DNA from: the human T2T-CHM13v2.0 reference genome, Homo sapiens
DNA length: 64,000 bases
Assembly: GCF_009914755.1 (NCBI RefSeq)
Contig: NC_060939.1
Strand: one strand, 5' to 3'
Shown: one piece after another, positions 28,100-44,054 of the stretch
Position numbering within the stretch: position 1 is the stretch's first letter
Layout of the letters: each line of letters opens with the position of its first letter
Position numbers and translations under genes: made by a program
The notes under the pieces: model-generated
Database searches by the model: none
The model's input: only the letters and a program-made list of their open reading frames with translations
What the model was told of the DNA's origin: nothing

Positions 28100-31000
28100 C
28101 TATTCTCTTCCGTTCCATTCGATTTCGTTCCAATCCATTCGATTCCATTCCATTCGATTCCATTCCATACTATTGCATTCCATTCGATTACATTATATTC
28201 GAATAAGTTCCATTCAAGACCATTTCTTTTGAGTCCATTCTATTTGAGTCCATTCCCTTTGATTCCATAACATTTGAGTCCATTCAATTCCATTCCTTTC
28301 GTTTCCATTCCGTTTGATGCCATTCCATTCAATTCTGTTCTACTCGACTCCAATATATTCAATTCCATTCCATCCGATTCCATTACATTCTTTTCATTTC
28401 TTATCCATTTCAAGCCATTCCACTCCATTCCATTCCACTCGTTTCCTTTCCATTCGAGTCCATTCCTCTCCAGTCCATTCCGTTCAATCCATTCCATTCC
28501 AGTCCATTCCATTCGAGTCCGTTCCATTCCAGTCCATTCCATTCGAGTCAATTCCATTCCATTCGATGTCTTTCCATAACGATCCATTCCATTCTATTCC
28601 TTTCGATTCCATTCCATTCTATTTCATTCCATTCGATTCCCTTCCTTTGGACTCCTTTCCATTCGAGTGCATTCCATTCCGTTCCATTTCTTTCCATTCT
28701 GAACGATTCCTACCGTTCGATTTCATTTTGTTCCAGTCCACTCCTTTCGCGTCCATTCCATTCCATTTCACTCCATTCGATTCCATTCCACTCGATTCCA
28801 CTTCGTTCCATTTCATTGCATTCCATTCTATTCAACTCTATTGCCTTCCATTCCATTCCATTCGATTACATTCCATGCGATTCCATTCGAAATCGAATCA
28901 ATTACATTGCAAACCATTACTATTGAGTCCGTTTTATTCCAGTCCACTGCATTCTGGTCCATTCCATTTGATTCCATTCCATTCTATTCCATTCCATACA
29001 GTTGCATTCCATTGGATTCCATGCTATATCTATAAATTCAATTCGAGACCATTGCTTTCGAGTCCATTCTATATGATTCCATTCCATTCAAGTCCATTAC
29101 ATTTGGTTCAATTCCATTCCATTCCATTCCCTTTCATTCCATTCCATTTGATATCAATCCATTCGATTCCATTCCATTCGAGCACATTCCATTCGAGTCC
29201 ATTCCATTCGATGCCATTCCATTTGATTCTATTCCATTAGTCTCCATTCAATTCCATTAATCTCCATTCCATTCCATTCTTCTCCAACTGATTCCATTCC
29301 ATTCTACTCCTTTCCATTCCATTTCATTCCATTCCATTCCATTTCATTCCATTCCATTCCATTCGTGTCCATTCCACTCCAGTCCATTCCATTCGTGTCC
29401 ATTCCATTCCAGTCCATTCCATTTGTGTCCACTGCATTCCATTCCACTCCATTCCATATTATTCCATTACACTCCATTCCATTCTATTACTTTCATTTCC
29501 ATTCAATTCCATTCCATTTGATTCCATTCCACTCGGTTTCATTCCATTTGAGTCCACTCCATTCCATTCCATTCCATTCCATTCAGTTCCATTCCATTCT
29601 GTTCCATTCCATTCCGTTCCATTACATTCCATTCCATTCGGTACCATTCCATATTGTTCCATTCGATTCCATTCGAATCCATTCCATTCCAGTCCATTCC
29701 ATTCGATTCCATTCCATTCATTTCAATTCCATTCCATTCCATTCCATTACATTCCACTTGATTCCTCTCCATTCCCTTCCACTGCATTCCGTTCGATTCC
29801 ATTCCATTGCATTGCGTTCCATTCCATTGGATTGCATTCCATTCGATTCCATTCCATTCGAATCAATTACATAGCAATCCATTACATTCGAGTCTATTCT
29901 ATTCCGTTCCATTCGATTTCGTTCCAATCCATTCGATTCCATTCCATTCGATTCCATTCCATAGTATTGCATTCCATTCGATTACATTATATTCGAATAA
30001 GTTCCATTCAAGACCATTTCTTTTGAGTCCATTCTATTTGAGTCCATTCCCTTTGATTCCATAACATTTGAGTCCATTCAATTCCATTCCTTTCGTTTCC
30101 ATTCCATTTGATGCCATTCCATTCAATTCTGTTCTACTCGACTCCAATACATTCAATTCCATTCCATCCGATTCCATTACATTCTTCTCATTTCTTATCC
30201 ATTTCAAGCCATTCCACTCCATTCCATTCCACTCGTTTCCTTTCCATTCGAGTCCATTCCTCTCCAGTCCATTCCGTTCAATCCATTCCATTCCAGTCCA
30301 TTCCATTCGAGTCCGTTCCATTCCAGTCCATTCCATTCGAGTCAATTCCATCCCATTCGATGTCTTTCCATAACGATCCATTCCATTCTATTCCTTTCGA
30401 TTCCATTCCATTCTATTTCATTCCATTCGATTCCCTTCCATTGGACTCCTTTCCATTCGAGTGCATTCCATTCCGTTCCATTTCTTTCCGTTCTGTACGA
30501 TTCCTACCGTTCGATTTCATTTTGTTCCAGTCCATTCCTTTCGCGTCCATTCCATTCCATTTCACTCCATTCGATTCCATTCCACTCGATTCCACTTCGT
30601 TCCATTTCATTGCATTCCATTCTATTCAACTCTATTGCCTTCCATTCCATTCCATTCGATTACATTCCATGCGATTCCATTCGAAATCGAATCAATTACA
30701 TTGCAATCCATTACTATTGAGTCCATTTTATTCCAGTCCACTGCATTCTGGTCCATTCCATTTGATTCCATTCCATTCTATTCCATTCCATACAGTTGCA
30801 TTCCGTTGGATTCCATTCTATATCCATAAATTCAATTCGAGACCATTGCTTTTGAGTCCATTCTATATGATTCCATTCCATTCAAGTCCATTACATTTGG
30901 TTCAATTCCATTCCATTCCATTCCCTTCCATTCCATTCCAGTTGATATCAATCCATTCGATTCCATTCCATTCGCGCACATTCCATTCGAGTCCATTCCA

Positions 31001-34000
31001 TTCGATGCCATTCCATTTGATTCTATTCCATTAGTCTCCATTCAATTCCATTAATCTCCATTCCATTCCATTCTACTCCAACTGATTCCATTCCATTCTA
31101 TTCCTTTCCATTCCATTTCATTCCATTCCATTCCATTTCATTCCATTCCATTCCATTCGTGTCCATTCCACTCCAGTCCATTCCATTCGTGTCCATTCCA
31201 TTCCAGTCCATTCCATTTGTGTCCACTGCATTCCATTCCACTCCATTCCATATTATTCCATTACACTCCATTCCATTCTATTACTTTCATTTCCATTCAA
31301 TTCCATTCCATTTGATTCCATTCCACTCGGTTTCATTCCATTTGAGTCCACTCCATTCCATTCCATTCCATTCAGTTCCATTCCATTCTGTTCCATTCCA
31401 TTCCGTTCCATTACATTCCATTCCATTCGGTACCATTCCATATTGTTCCATTCGATTCCATTCGAATCCATTCCATTCCAGTCCATTCCATTCGATTCCA
31501 TTCCATTCATTTCAATTCCATTCCATTCCATTCCATTCCATTCCACTTGATTCCTCTCCATTCCCTTCCACTGCATTCCGTTCGATTCCATTCCATTGCA
31601 TTGCATTCCATTCCATTGGATTGCATTCCATTCGATTCCATTCCATTCGAATCAATTACATAGCAATCCATTACATTCGAGTCTATTCTCTTCCGTTCCA
31701 TTCGATTTCGTTCCAATCCATTCGATTCCATTCCATTCGATTCCATTCCATACTATTGCATTCCATTCGATTACATTATATTCGAATAAGTTCCATTCAA
31801 GACCATTTCTTTTGAGTCCATTCTATTTGAGTCCATTCCCTTTGATTCCATAACATTTGAGTCCATTCAATTCCATTCCTTTCGTTTCCATTCCATTTGA
31901 TGCCATTCCATTCAATTCTGTTCTACTCGACTCCAATATATTCAATTCCATTCCATCCGATTCCATTACATTCTTTTCATTTCTTATCCATTTCAAGCCA
32001 TTCCACTCCATTCCATTCCACTCGTTTCCTTTCCATTCGAGTCCATTCCTCTCCAGTCCATTCCGTTCAATCCATTCCATTCCAGTCCATTCCATTCGAG
32101 TCCGTTCCATTCCAGTCCATTCCATTCGAGTCAATTCCATTCCATTCGATGTCTTTCCATAACGATCCATTCCATTCTATTCCTTTCGATTCCATTCCAT
32201 TCTATTTCATTCCATTCGATTCCCTTCCATTGGACTCCTTTCCATTCGAGTGCATTCCATTCCGTTCCATTTCTTTCCATTCTGTACGATTCCTACCGTT
32301 CGATTTCATTTTGTTCCAGTCCATTCCTTTCGCGTCCATTCCATTCCATTTCACTCCATTCGATTCCATTCCACTCGATTCCACTTCGTTCCATTTCATT
32401 GCATTCCATTCTATTCAACTCTATTGCCTTCCATTCCATTCCATTCGATTACATTCCATGCGATTCCATTCGAAATCGAATCAATTACATTGCAAACCAT
32501 TACTATTGAGTCCGTTTTATTCCAGTCCACTGCATTCTGGTCCATTCCATTTGATTCCATTCCATTCTATTCCATTCCATACAGTTGCATTCCATTGGAT
32601 TCCATGCTATATCTATAAATTCAATTCGAGACCATTGCTTTTGAGTCCATTCTATATGATTCCATTCCATTCAAGTCCATTACATTTGGTTCAATTCCAT
32701 TCCATTCCATTCCCTTTCATTCCATTCCATTTGATATCAATCCATTCGATTCCATTCCATTCGAGCACATTCCATTCGAGTCCATTCCATTCGATGCCAT
32801 TCCATTTGATTCTATTCCATTAGTCTCCATTCAATTCCATTAATCTCCATTCCATTCCATTCTACTCCAACTGATTCCATTCCATTCTATTCCTTTCCAT
32901 TCCATTTCATTCCATTCCATTCCATTTCATTCCATTCCATTCCATTCGTGTCCATTCCACTCCAGTCCATTCCATTCGTGTCCATTCCATTCCAGTCCAT
33001 TCCATTTGTGTCCACTGCATTCCATTCCACTCCATTCCATATTATTCCATTACACTCCATTCCATTCTATTACTTTCATTTCCATTCAATTCCATTCCAT
33101 TTGATTCCATTCCACTCGGTTTCATTCCATTTGAGTCCACTCCATTCCATTCCATTCCATTCCATTCAGTTCAATTCCATTCTGTTCCATTCCATTCCGT
33201 TCCATTACATTCCATTCCATTCGGTACCATTCCATATTGTTCCATTCGATTCCATTCGAATCCATTCCATTCCAGTCCATTCCATTCGATTCCATTCCAT
33301 TCATTTCAATTCCATTCCATTCCATTCCATTACATTCCACTTGATTCCTCTCCATTCCCTTCCACTGCATTCCGTTCGATTCCATTCCATTGCATTGCAT
33401 TCCATTCCATTGGATTGCATTCCATTCGATTCCATTCCATTCGAATCAATTACATAGCAATCCATTACATTCGAGTCTATTCTATTCCGTTCCATTCGAT
33501 TTCGTTCCAATCCATTCGATTCCATTCCATTCGATTCCATTCCATACTATTGCATTCCATTCGATTACATTATATTCGAATAAGTTCCATTCAAGACCAT
33601 TTCTTTTGAGTCCATTCTATTTGAGTCCATTCCCTTTGATTCCATAACATTTGAGTCCATTCAATTCCATTCCTTTCGTTTCCATTCCATTTGATGCCAT
33701 TCCATTCAATTCTGTTCTACTCGACTCCAATACATTCAATTCCATTCCATCCGATTCCATTACATTCTTTTCATTTCTTATCCATTTCAAGCCATTCCAC
33801 TCCATTCCATTCCACTCGTTTCCTTTCCATTCGAGTCCATTCCTCTCCAGTCCATTCCGTTCAATCCATTCCATTCCAGTCCATTCCATTCGAGTCCGTT
33901 CCATTCCAGTCCATTCCATTCGAGTCAATTCCATCCCATTCGATGTCTTTCCATAACGATCCATTCCATTCTATTCCTTTCGATTCCATTCCATTCTATT

Positions 34001-37000
34001 TCATTCCATTCGATTCCCTTCCATTGGACTCCTTTCCATTCGAGTGCATTCCATTCTGTTCCATTTCTTTCCGTTCTGTACGATTCCTACCGTTCGATTT
34101 CATTTTGTTCCAGTCCATTCCTTTCGCGTCCATTCCATTCCATTTCACTCCATTCGATTCCATTCCACTCGATTCCACTTCGTTCCATTTCATTGCATTC
34201 CATTCTATTCAACTCTATTGCCTTCCATTCCATTCCATTCGATTACATTCCATGCGATTCCATTCGAAATCGAATCAATTACATTGCAATCCATTACTAT
34301 TGAGTCCATTTTATTCCAGTCCAATGCATTCTGGTCCATTCCATTTGATTCCATTCCATTCTATTCCATTCCATACAGTTGCATTCCGTTGGATTCCATT
34401 CTATATCCATAAATTCAATTCGAGACCATTGCTTTTGAGTCCATTCTATATGATTCCATTCCATTCAAGTCCATTACATTTGGTTCAATTCCATTCCATT
34501 CCATTCCCTTCCATTCCATTCCAGTTGATATCAATCCATTCGATTCCATTCCATTCGAGCACATTCCATTCGAGTCCATTCCATTCGATGCCATTCCATT
34601 TGATTCTATTCCATTAGTCTCCATTCAATTCCATTAATCTCCATTCCATTCCATTCTACTCCAACTGATTCCATTCCATTCTATTCCTTTCCATTCCATT
34701 TCATTCCATTCCATTCCATTTCATTCCATTCCATTCCATTCGTGTCCATTCCACTCCAGTCCATTCCATTCGTGTCCATTCCATTCCAGTCCATTCCATT
34801 TGTGTCCACTGCATTCCATTCCACTCCATTCCATATTATTCCATTACACTCCATTCCATTCTATTACTTTCATTTCCATTCAATTCCATTCCATTTGATT
34901 CCATTCCACTCGGTTTCATTCCATTTGAGTCCACTCCATTCCATTCCCTTCCATTCCATTCCATTCCATTCAGTTCCATTCCATTCTGTTCCATTCCATT
35001 CCGTTCCATTACATTCCATTCCATTCGGTACCATTCCATATTGTTCCATTCGATTCCATTCGAATCCATTCCATTCCAGTCCATTCCATTCGATTCCATT
35101 CCATTCATTTCAATTCCATTCCATTCCATTCCATTCCATTCCACTTGATTCCTCTCCATTCCCTTCCACTGCATTCCGTTCGATTCCATTCCATTGCATT
35201 GCATTCCATTCCATTGGATTGCATTCCATTCGATTCCATTCCATTCGAATCAATTACATAGCAATCCATTACATTCGAGTCTATTCTCTTCCGTTCCATT
35301 CGATTTCGTTCCAATCCATTCGATTCCATTCCATTCGATTCCATTCCATACTATTGCATTCCATTCGATTACATTATATTCGAATAAGTTCCATTCAAGA
35401 CCATTTCTTTTGAGTCCATTCTATTTGAGTCCATTCCATTTGATTCCATAACATTTGAGTCCATTCAATTCCATTCCTTTCGTTTCCATTCCATTTGATG
35501 CCATTCCATTCAATTCTGTTCTACTCGACTCCAATACATTCAATTCCATTCCATCCGATTCCATTACATTCTTTTCATTTCTTATCCATTTCAAGCCATT
35601 CCACTCCATTCCATTCCACTCGTTTCCTTTCCATTCGAGTCCATTCCTCTCCAGTCCATTCCGTTCAATCCATTCCATTCCAGTCCATTCCATTCGAGTC
35701 CGTTCCATTCCAGTCCATTCCATTCGAGTCAATTCCATCCCATTCGATGTCTTTCCATAACGATCCATTCCATTCTATTACTTTCGATTCCATTCCATTC
35801 TATTTCATTCCATTCGATTCCCTTCCATTGGACTCCTTTCCATTCGAGTGCATTCCATTCCGTTCCATTTCTTTCCGTTCTGTACGATTCCTACCGTTCG
35901 ATTTCATTTTGTTCCAGTCCATTCCTTTCGCGTCCATTCCATTCCATTTCACTCCATTCGATTCCATTCCACTCGATTCCACTTCGTTCCATTTCATTGC
36001 ATTCCATTCTATTCAACTCTATTGCCTTCCTTTCCATTCCATTCGATTACATTCCATGCGATTCCATTCGAAATCGAATCAATTACATTGCAATCCATTA
36101 CTATTGAGTCCATTTTATTCCAGTCCACTGCATTCTGGTCCATTCCATTTGATTCCATTCCATTCTATTCCATTCCATACAGTTGCATTCCATTGGATTC
36201 CATTCTATATCTATAAATTCAATTCGAGACCATTGCTTTTGAGTCCATTCTATATGATTCCATTCCATTCAAGTCCATTACATTTGGTTCAATTCCATTC
36301 CATTCCATTCCCTTCCATTCCATTCCAGTTGATATCAATCCATTCGATTCCATTCCATTCGAGCACATTCCATTCGAGTCCATTCCATTCGATGCCATTC
36401 CATTTGATTCTATTCCATTAGTCTCCATTCAATTCCATTAATCTCCATTCCATTCCATTCTACTCCAACTGATTCCATTCCATTCTATTCCTTTCCATTC
36501 CATTTCATTCCATTCCATTCCATTTCATTCCATTCCATTCCATTCCATTCCATTCCATTCGCTTCCATTCCATTCGTGTCCATTCCATTCCAGTCCATTC
36601 CATTTGTGTCCACTGCATTCCATTCCACTCCATTCCATATTATTCCATTACACTCCATTCCATTCTATTACTTTCATTTCCATTCAATTCCATTCCATTT
36701 GATTCCATTCCACTCGGTTTCATTCCATTTGAGTCCACTCCATTGCATTCCATTCCATTCCATTCAGTTCCATTCCATTCTGTTCCATTCCATTCCGTTC
36801 CATTACATTCCATTCCATTCGGTACCATTCCATATTGTTCCATTCGATTCCATTCGAATCCATTCCATTCCAGTCCATTCCATTCGATTCCATTCCATTC
36901 ATTTCAATTCCATTCCATTCCATTCCATTACATTCCACTTGATTCCTCTCCATTCCCTTCCACTGCATTCCGTTCGATTCCATTCCATTGCATTGCATTC

Positions 37001-40000
37001 CATTCCATTGGATTGCATTCCATTCGATTCCATTCCATTCGAATCAATTACATAGCAATCCATTACATTCGAGTCTTTTCTATTCCTTTCCATTCGATTT
37101 CGTTCCAATCCATTCGATTCCATTCCATTCGATTCCATTCCATACTATTGCATTCCATTCGATTACATTATATTCGAATAAGTTCCATTCAAGACCATTT
37201 CTTTTGAGTCCATTCTATTTGAGTCCATTCCCTTTGATTCCATAACATTTGAGTCCATTCAATTCCATTCCTTTCGTTTCCATTCCATTTGATGCCATTC
37301 CATTCAATTCTGTTCTACTCGACTCCAATACATTCAATTCCATTCCATCCGATTCCATTACATTCTTTTCATTTCTTATCCATTTCAAGCCATTCCACTC
37401 CACTCCATTCCACTCATTTCCTTTCCATTCGAGTCCATTCCTCTCCAGTCCATTCCGTTCTATCCATTCCATTCCAGTCCATTCCATTCGAGTCCGTTCC
37501 ATTCCAGTCCATTCCATTCGAGTCAATTCCATTCCATTCGATGTCTTTCCATAACGATCCATTCCATTCTATTCCTTTCAATTCCATTCCATTCTATTTC
37601 ATTCCATTCGATTCCCTTCCATTGGACTCCTTTCCATTCGAGTGCATTCCATTCCTTTCCATTTCTTTCCGTTCTGTACGATTCCTACCGTTCGATTTCA
37701 TTTTGTTCCAGTCCATTCCTTTCGCGTCCATTCCATTCCATTTCACTCCATTCGATTCCATTCCACTCGATTCCACTTCGTTCCATTTCATTGCATTCCA
37801 TTCTATTCACTCTATTGCCTTCCATTCCATTCCATTCGATTACATTCCATGCGATTCCATTCGAAATCGAATCAATTACATTGCAATCCATTACTATTGA
37901 GTCCGTTTTATTCCAGTCCACTGCATTCTGGTCCATTCCATTTGATTCCATTCCATTCTATTCCATTCCATACAGTTGCATTCCATTGGATTCCATGCTA
38001 TATCTATAAATTCAATTCGACACCATTGCTTTTGAGTCCATTCTATATGATTCCATTCCATTCAAGTCCATTACATTTGGTTCAATTCCATTCCATTCCA
38101 TTCCCTTCCATTCCATTCCATTTGATATCAATCCATTCGATTCCATTCCATTCGAGCACATTCCATTCGAGTCCATTCCATTCGATGCCATTCCATTTGA
38201 TTCTATTCCATTAGTCTCCATTCAATTCCATTAATCTCCATTCCATTCCATTCTACTCCAACTGATTCCATTCCATTCTATTCCTTTCCATTCCATTTCA
38301 TTCCATTCCATTCCATTTCATTCCATTCCATTCCATTCCATTCCATTCGCTTCCATTCCATTCGTGTCCATTCCATTCCAGTCCATTCCATTTGTGTCCA
38401 CTGCATTCCATTCCACTCCATTCCATATTATTCCATTACACTCCATTCCATTCTATTACTTTCATTTCCATTCAATTCCATTCCATTTGATTCCATTCCA
38501 CTCGGTTTCATTCCAATTGTGTCCACTCCATTCCATTCCATTCCATTCCATTCAGTTCCATTCCATTCTGTTCCATTCCATTCCGTTCCATTGCATTCCA
38601 TTCCATTCGGTACCATTCCATATTGTTCCATTCGATTCCATTCGAATCCATTCCATTCCAGTCCATTCCATTCGATTCCATTCCATTCCTTTCAATTCCA
38701 TTCCACTCCATTCCATTCCACTTGATTCCACTCCATTCCCTTCCACTGCATTCCATTGCATTGCATTCCATTCCATTGGACTGCATTCCATTCGATTCCA
38801 TTCCATTCGAATCAATTACATAGCAATCCATTACATTCGAGTCTATTCTATTCCGTTCCATTCGATTTCGTTCCAATCCATTCGATTCCATTCCATTCGA
38901 TTCCATTCCATAGTATTGCATTCCATTCGATTACATTATATTCGAATAAGTTCCATTCAAGACCATTTCTTTTGAGTCCATTCTATTTGAGTCCATTCCC
39001 TTTGATTCCATAACATTTGAGTCCATTCAGTTCCATTCCTTTCGTTTCCGTTCCATTTGATGCCATTCCATTCAATTCTGTTCTACTCGACTCCAATACA
39101 TTCAATTCCATTCCATCCGATTCCATTACATTCTTTTCATTTCTTATCCATTTCAAGCCATTCCACTCCATTCCATTCCACTCGTTTCCTTTCCATTCGA
39201 GTCCATTCCTCTCCAGTCCATTCCGTTCAATCCATTCCATTCCAGTCCATTCCATTCGAGTCCGTTCCATTCCAGTCCATTCCATTCGAGTCAATTCCAT
39301 CCCATTCGATGTCTTTCCATAACGATCCATTCCATTCTATTCCTTTCGATTCCATTCCATTCTATTTCATTCCATTCGATTCCCTTCCATTGGACTCCTT
39401 TCCATTCGAGTGCATTCCATTCCGTTCCATTTCTTTCCGTTCTGTACGATTCCTACCGTTCGATTTCATTTTGTTCCAGTCCATTCCTTTCGCGTCCATT
39501 CCATTCCATTTCACTCCATTCGATTCCATTCCACTCGATTCCACTTCGTTCCATTTCATTGCATTCCATTCTATTCAACTCTATTGCCTTCCATTCCATT
39601 CCATTCGATTACATTCCATGCGATTCCATTCGAAATCGAATCAATTACATTGCAATCCATTACTATTGAGTCCGTTTTATTCCAGTCCACTGCATTCTGG
39701 TCCATTCCATTTGATTCCATTCCATTCTATTCCATTCCATACAGTTGCATTCCATTGGATTCCATGCTATATCTATAAATTCAATTCGAGACCATTGCTT
39801 TTGAGTCCATTCTATATGATTCCATTCCATTCAAGTCCATTACATTTGGTTCAATTCCATTCCATTCCATTCCCTTCCATTCCATTCCATTTGATATCAA
39901 TCCATTCGATTCCATTCCATTCGAGCACATTCCATTCGAGTCCATTCCATTCGATGCCATTCCATTTGATTCTATTCCATTAGTCTCCATTCAATTCCAT

Positions 40001-42340
40001 TAATCTCCATTCCATTCCATTCTACTCCAACTGATTCCATTCCATTCTATTCCTTTCCATTCCATTTCATTCCATTCCATTCCATTCCATTCCATTCCAT
40101 TCGTGTCCATTCCACTCCAGTCCATTCCATTCGTGTCCATTCCATTCCAGTCCATTCCATTTGTGTCCACTGCATTCCATTCCACTCCATTCCATATTAT
40201 TCCAATACACTCCATTCCATTCTATCACTTTCATTTCCATTCAATTCCATTCCATTTGATTCCATTCCACTCGGTTTCATTCCATTTGAGTCCACTCCAT
40301 TCCATTCCATTCCATTCCATTCAGTTCCATTCCATTCTGTTCCATTCCATTCCGTTCCATTACATTCCATTCCATTCGGTACCATTCCATATTGTTCCAT
40401 TCGATTCCATTCGAATCCATTCCATTCCAGTCCATTCCATTCGATTCCATTCCATTCATTTCAATTCCATTCCATTCCATTCCATTACATTCCACTTGAT
40501 TCCTCTCCATTCCCTTCCACTGCATTCCGTTCGATTCCATTCCATTGCATTGCATTCCATTCCATTGGATTGCATTCCATTCGATTCCATTCCATTCGAA
40601 TCAATTACATAGCAATCCATTACATTCGAGTCTATTCTATTCCGTTCCATTCGATTTCGTTCCAATCCATTCGATTCCATTCCATTCGATTCCATTCCAT
40701 ACTATTGCATTTCATTCGATTACATTATATTCGAATAAGTTCCATTCAAGACCATTTCTTTTGAGTCCATTCTATTTGAGTCCATTCCCTTTGATTCCAT
40801 AACATTTGAGTCCATTCAATTCCATTCCTTTCGTTTCCATTCCATTTGATGCCATTCCATTCAATTCTGTTCTACTCGACTCCAATACATTCAATTCCAT
40901 TCCATCCGATTCCATTACATTCTTTTAATTTCTTATCCATTTCAAGCCATTCCACTCCATTCCATTCCACTCGTTTCCTTTCCATTCGAGTCCATTCCTC
41001 TCCAGTCCATTCCGTTCAATCCATTCCATTCCAGTCCATTCCATTCGAGTCCGTTCCATTCCAGTCCATTCCATTCGAGTCAATTCCATTCCATTCGATG
41101 TCTTTCCATAACGATCCATTCCATTCTATTCCTTTCGATTCCATTCCATTCTATTTCATTCCATTCGATTCCCTTCCATTGGACTCCTTTCCATTCGAGT
41201 GCATTCCATTCCGTTCCATTTCTTTCCGTTCTGTACGATTCCTACCGTTCGATTTCATTTTGTTCCAGTCCATTCCTTTCACGTCCATTCCATTCCATTT
41301 CACTCCATTCGATTCCATTCCACTCGATTCCACTTCGTTCCATTTCATTGCATTCCATTCTATTCAACTCTATTGCCTTCCATTCCATTCCATTCGATTA
41401 CATTCCATGCGATTCCATTCGAAATCGAATCAATTACATTGCAATCCATTACAATTGAGTCCGTTTTATTCCAGTCCACTGCATTCTGGTCCATTCCATT
41501 TGATTCCATTCCATTCTATTCCATTCCATACAGTTGCATTCCTTTGGATTCCATGCTATATATATAAATTCAATTCGAGACCATTGCTTTTGAGTCCATT
41601 CTATATGATTCCATTCCATTCAAGTCCATTACATTTGGTTCAATTCCATTCCATTCCATTCCCTTCCATTCCATTCCAGTTGATATCAATCCATTCGATT
41701 CCATTCCATTCGAGCACATTCCATTCGAGTCCATTCCATTCGATGCCATTCCATTTGATTCTATTCCATTAGTCTCCATTCAATTCCATTAATCTCCATT
41801 CCATTCCATTCTACTCCAACTGATTCCATTCCATTCTATTCCTTTCCATTCCATTTCATTCCATTCCATTCCATTTCATTCCATTCCATTCCATTCGCTT
41901 CCATTCCATTCGTGTCCATTCCACTCCAGTCCATTCCATTCGTGTCCATTCCATTCCAGTCCATTCCATTTGTGTCCACTGCATTCCATTCCACTCCATT
42001 CCATATTATTCCATTACACTCCCTTCCATTCTATTACTTTCATTTCCATTCAATTCCATTCCATTTGATTCCATTCCACTCGGTTTCATTCCATTTGAGT
42101 CCACTCCATTCCATTCCATTCCATTCCATTCAGTTCCATTCCATTCTGTTCCATTCCATTCCGTTCCATTACATTCCATTCCATTCGGTACCATTCCATA
42201 TTGTTCCATTCGATTCCATTCGAATCCATTCCATTCCAGTCCATTCCATTCGATTCCATTCCATTCATTTCAATTCCATTCCATTCCATTCCATTACATT
42301 CCACTTGATTCCTCTCCATTCCCTTCCACTGCATTCCGTT
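28100..42340 (+). repeat. Block duplication B, copy 1 (about 8 units; partner at +15,955/+15,935 bp)
   Basis: Shared rare variants in the same order: CTTCCTTTGG (28641/44596), CTGAACG (~28699/44654), GCTTTCGAG (~29054/45009), ATTGCGTTCC (29811/45766), ATTCTTCTCA (30181/46136), TATTACTTTCG (~35776/51731), GAGTCTTTTC (37071/53006), TCGACACC (~38017/53952), TTCCAATTGTG (38511/54446), TCCAATACAC (40201/56136), TCTTTTAATT (40921/56856), TTTCACGTCC (~41277/57212). Confidence 0.9.
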
Positions 42341-42354
42341 CGATTCCATTCCAT
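42339..42354 (+). other. 155-bp deletion junction in one unit (1654-bp unit)
   Basis: GCATTCCG-TTCGATTCCATTCCAT-ACTATT is joined directly. In the paralogous unit the 16-mer occurs at both 58274 and 58429, 155 bp apart. Unit spacing is 1654 versus 1809. Confidence 0.92.
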
Positions 42355-44054
42355 ACTATTGCATTCCATTCGATTACATTATATTCGAATAAGTTCCATT
42401 CAAGACCATTTCTTTTGAGTCCATTCTATTTGAGTCCATTCCCTTTGATTCCATAACATTTGAGTCCATTCAATTCCATTCCTTTCGTTTCCATTCCATT
42501 TGATGCCATTCCATTCAATTCTGTTCTACTCGACTCCAATACATTCAATTCCATTCCATCCGATTCCATTACATTCTTTTCATTTCTTATCCATTTCAAG
42601 CCATTCCACTCCATTCCATTCCACTCGTTTCCTTTCCATTCGAATCCATTCCTCTCCAGTCCATTCCGTTCAATCCATTCCATTCCAGTCCATTCCATTC
42701 GAGTCCGTTCCATTCCAGTCCATTCCATTCGAGTCAATTCCATCCCATTCGATGTCTTTCCATAACGATCCATTCCATTCTATTCCTTTCGATTCCATTC
42801 CATTCTATTTCATTCCATTCGATTCCCTTCCATTGGACTCCTTTCCATTCGAGTGCATTCCATTCCGTTCCATTTCTTTCTGTTCTGTACGATTCCTACC
42901 GTTCGATTTCATTTTGTTCCAGTCCATTCCTTTCGCGTCCATTCCATTCCATTTCACTCCATTCGATTCCATTCCACTCGATTCCACTTCGTTCCATTTC
43001 ATTGCATTCCATTCTATTCAACTCTATTGCCTTCCATTCCATTCCATTCGATTACATTCCATGCGATTCCATTCGAAATCGAATCAATTACATTGCAATC
43101 CATTACTATTGAGTCCATTTTATTCCAGTCCACTGCATTCTGGTCCATTCCATTTGATTCCATTCCATTCTATTCCATTCAATACAGTTGCATTCCATTG
43201 AACTCCATTGTATATCTATAAATTCAATTCGAGACCATTGCTTTTGAGTCCATTCTATATGATTCCATTCCATTCAAGTCCATTACATTTGGTTCAATTC
43301 CATTCCATTCCATTCCCTTCCATTCCATTCCAGTTGATATCAATCCATTCGATTCCATTCCATTCGAGCACATTCCATTCGAGTCCATTCCATTCGATGC
43401 CATTCCATTTGATTCTATTCCATTAGTCTCCATTCAATTCCATTAATCTCCATTCCATTCCATTCTACTCCAACTGATTCCATTCCATTCTATTACTTTC
43501 CATTCCATTTCATTCCATTCCATTCCATTTCATTCCATTCCATTCCATTCCATTCGCTTCCATTCCATTCGTGTCCATTGCATTCCAGTCCATTCCATTT
43601 GTGTCCACTGCATTCCATTCCACTCCATTCCATATTATTCCATTACACTCCATTCCATTCTATTACTTTCATTTCCATTGAATTCCATTCCATTTGATTC
43701 CATTCCACTCGGTTTCATTCCATTTGAGTCCACTCCACTCCATTCCATTCCATTCCATTCCATTCAGTTCCATTCCATTCTGTTCCATTCCATTCCGTTC
43801 CATTGCATTCCATTCCATTCGGTACCATTCCATATTGTTCCATTCGATTCCATTCGAATCCATTCCATTCCAGTCCATTCCATTCGATTCCATTCCATTC
43901 CTTTCAATTCCATTCCATTCCATTCCATTCCACTTGATTCCACTCCATTCCCTTCCACTGCATTCCATTGCATTGCATTCCATTCCATTGGACTGCATTC
44001 CATTCGATTCCATTCCATTCGAATCAATTACATAGCAATCCATTACATTCGAGT

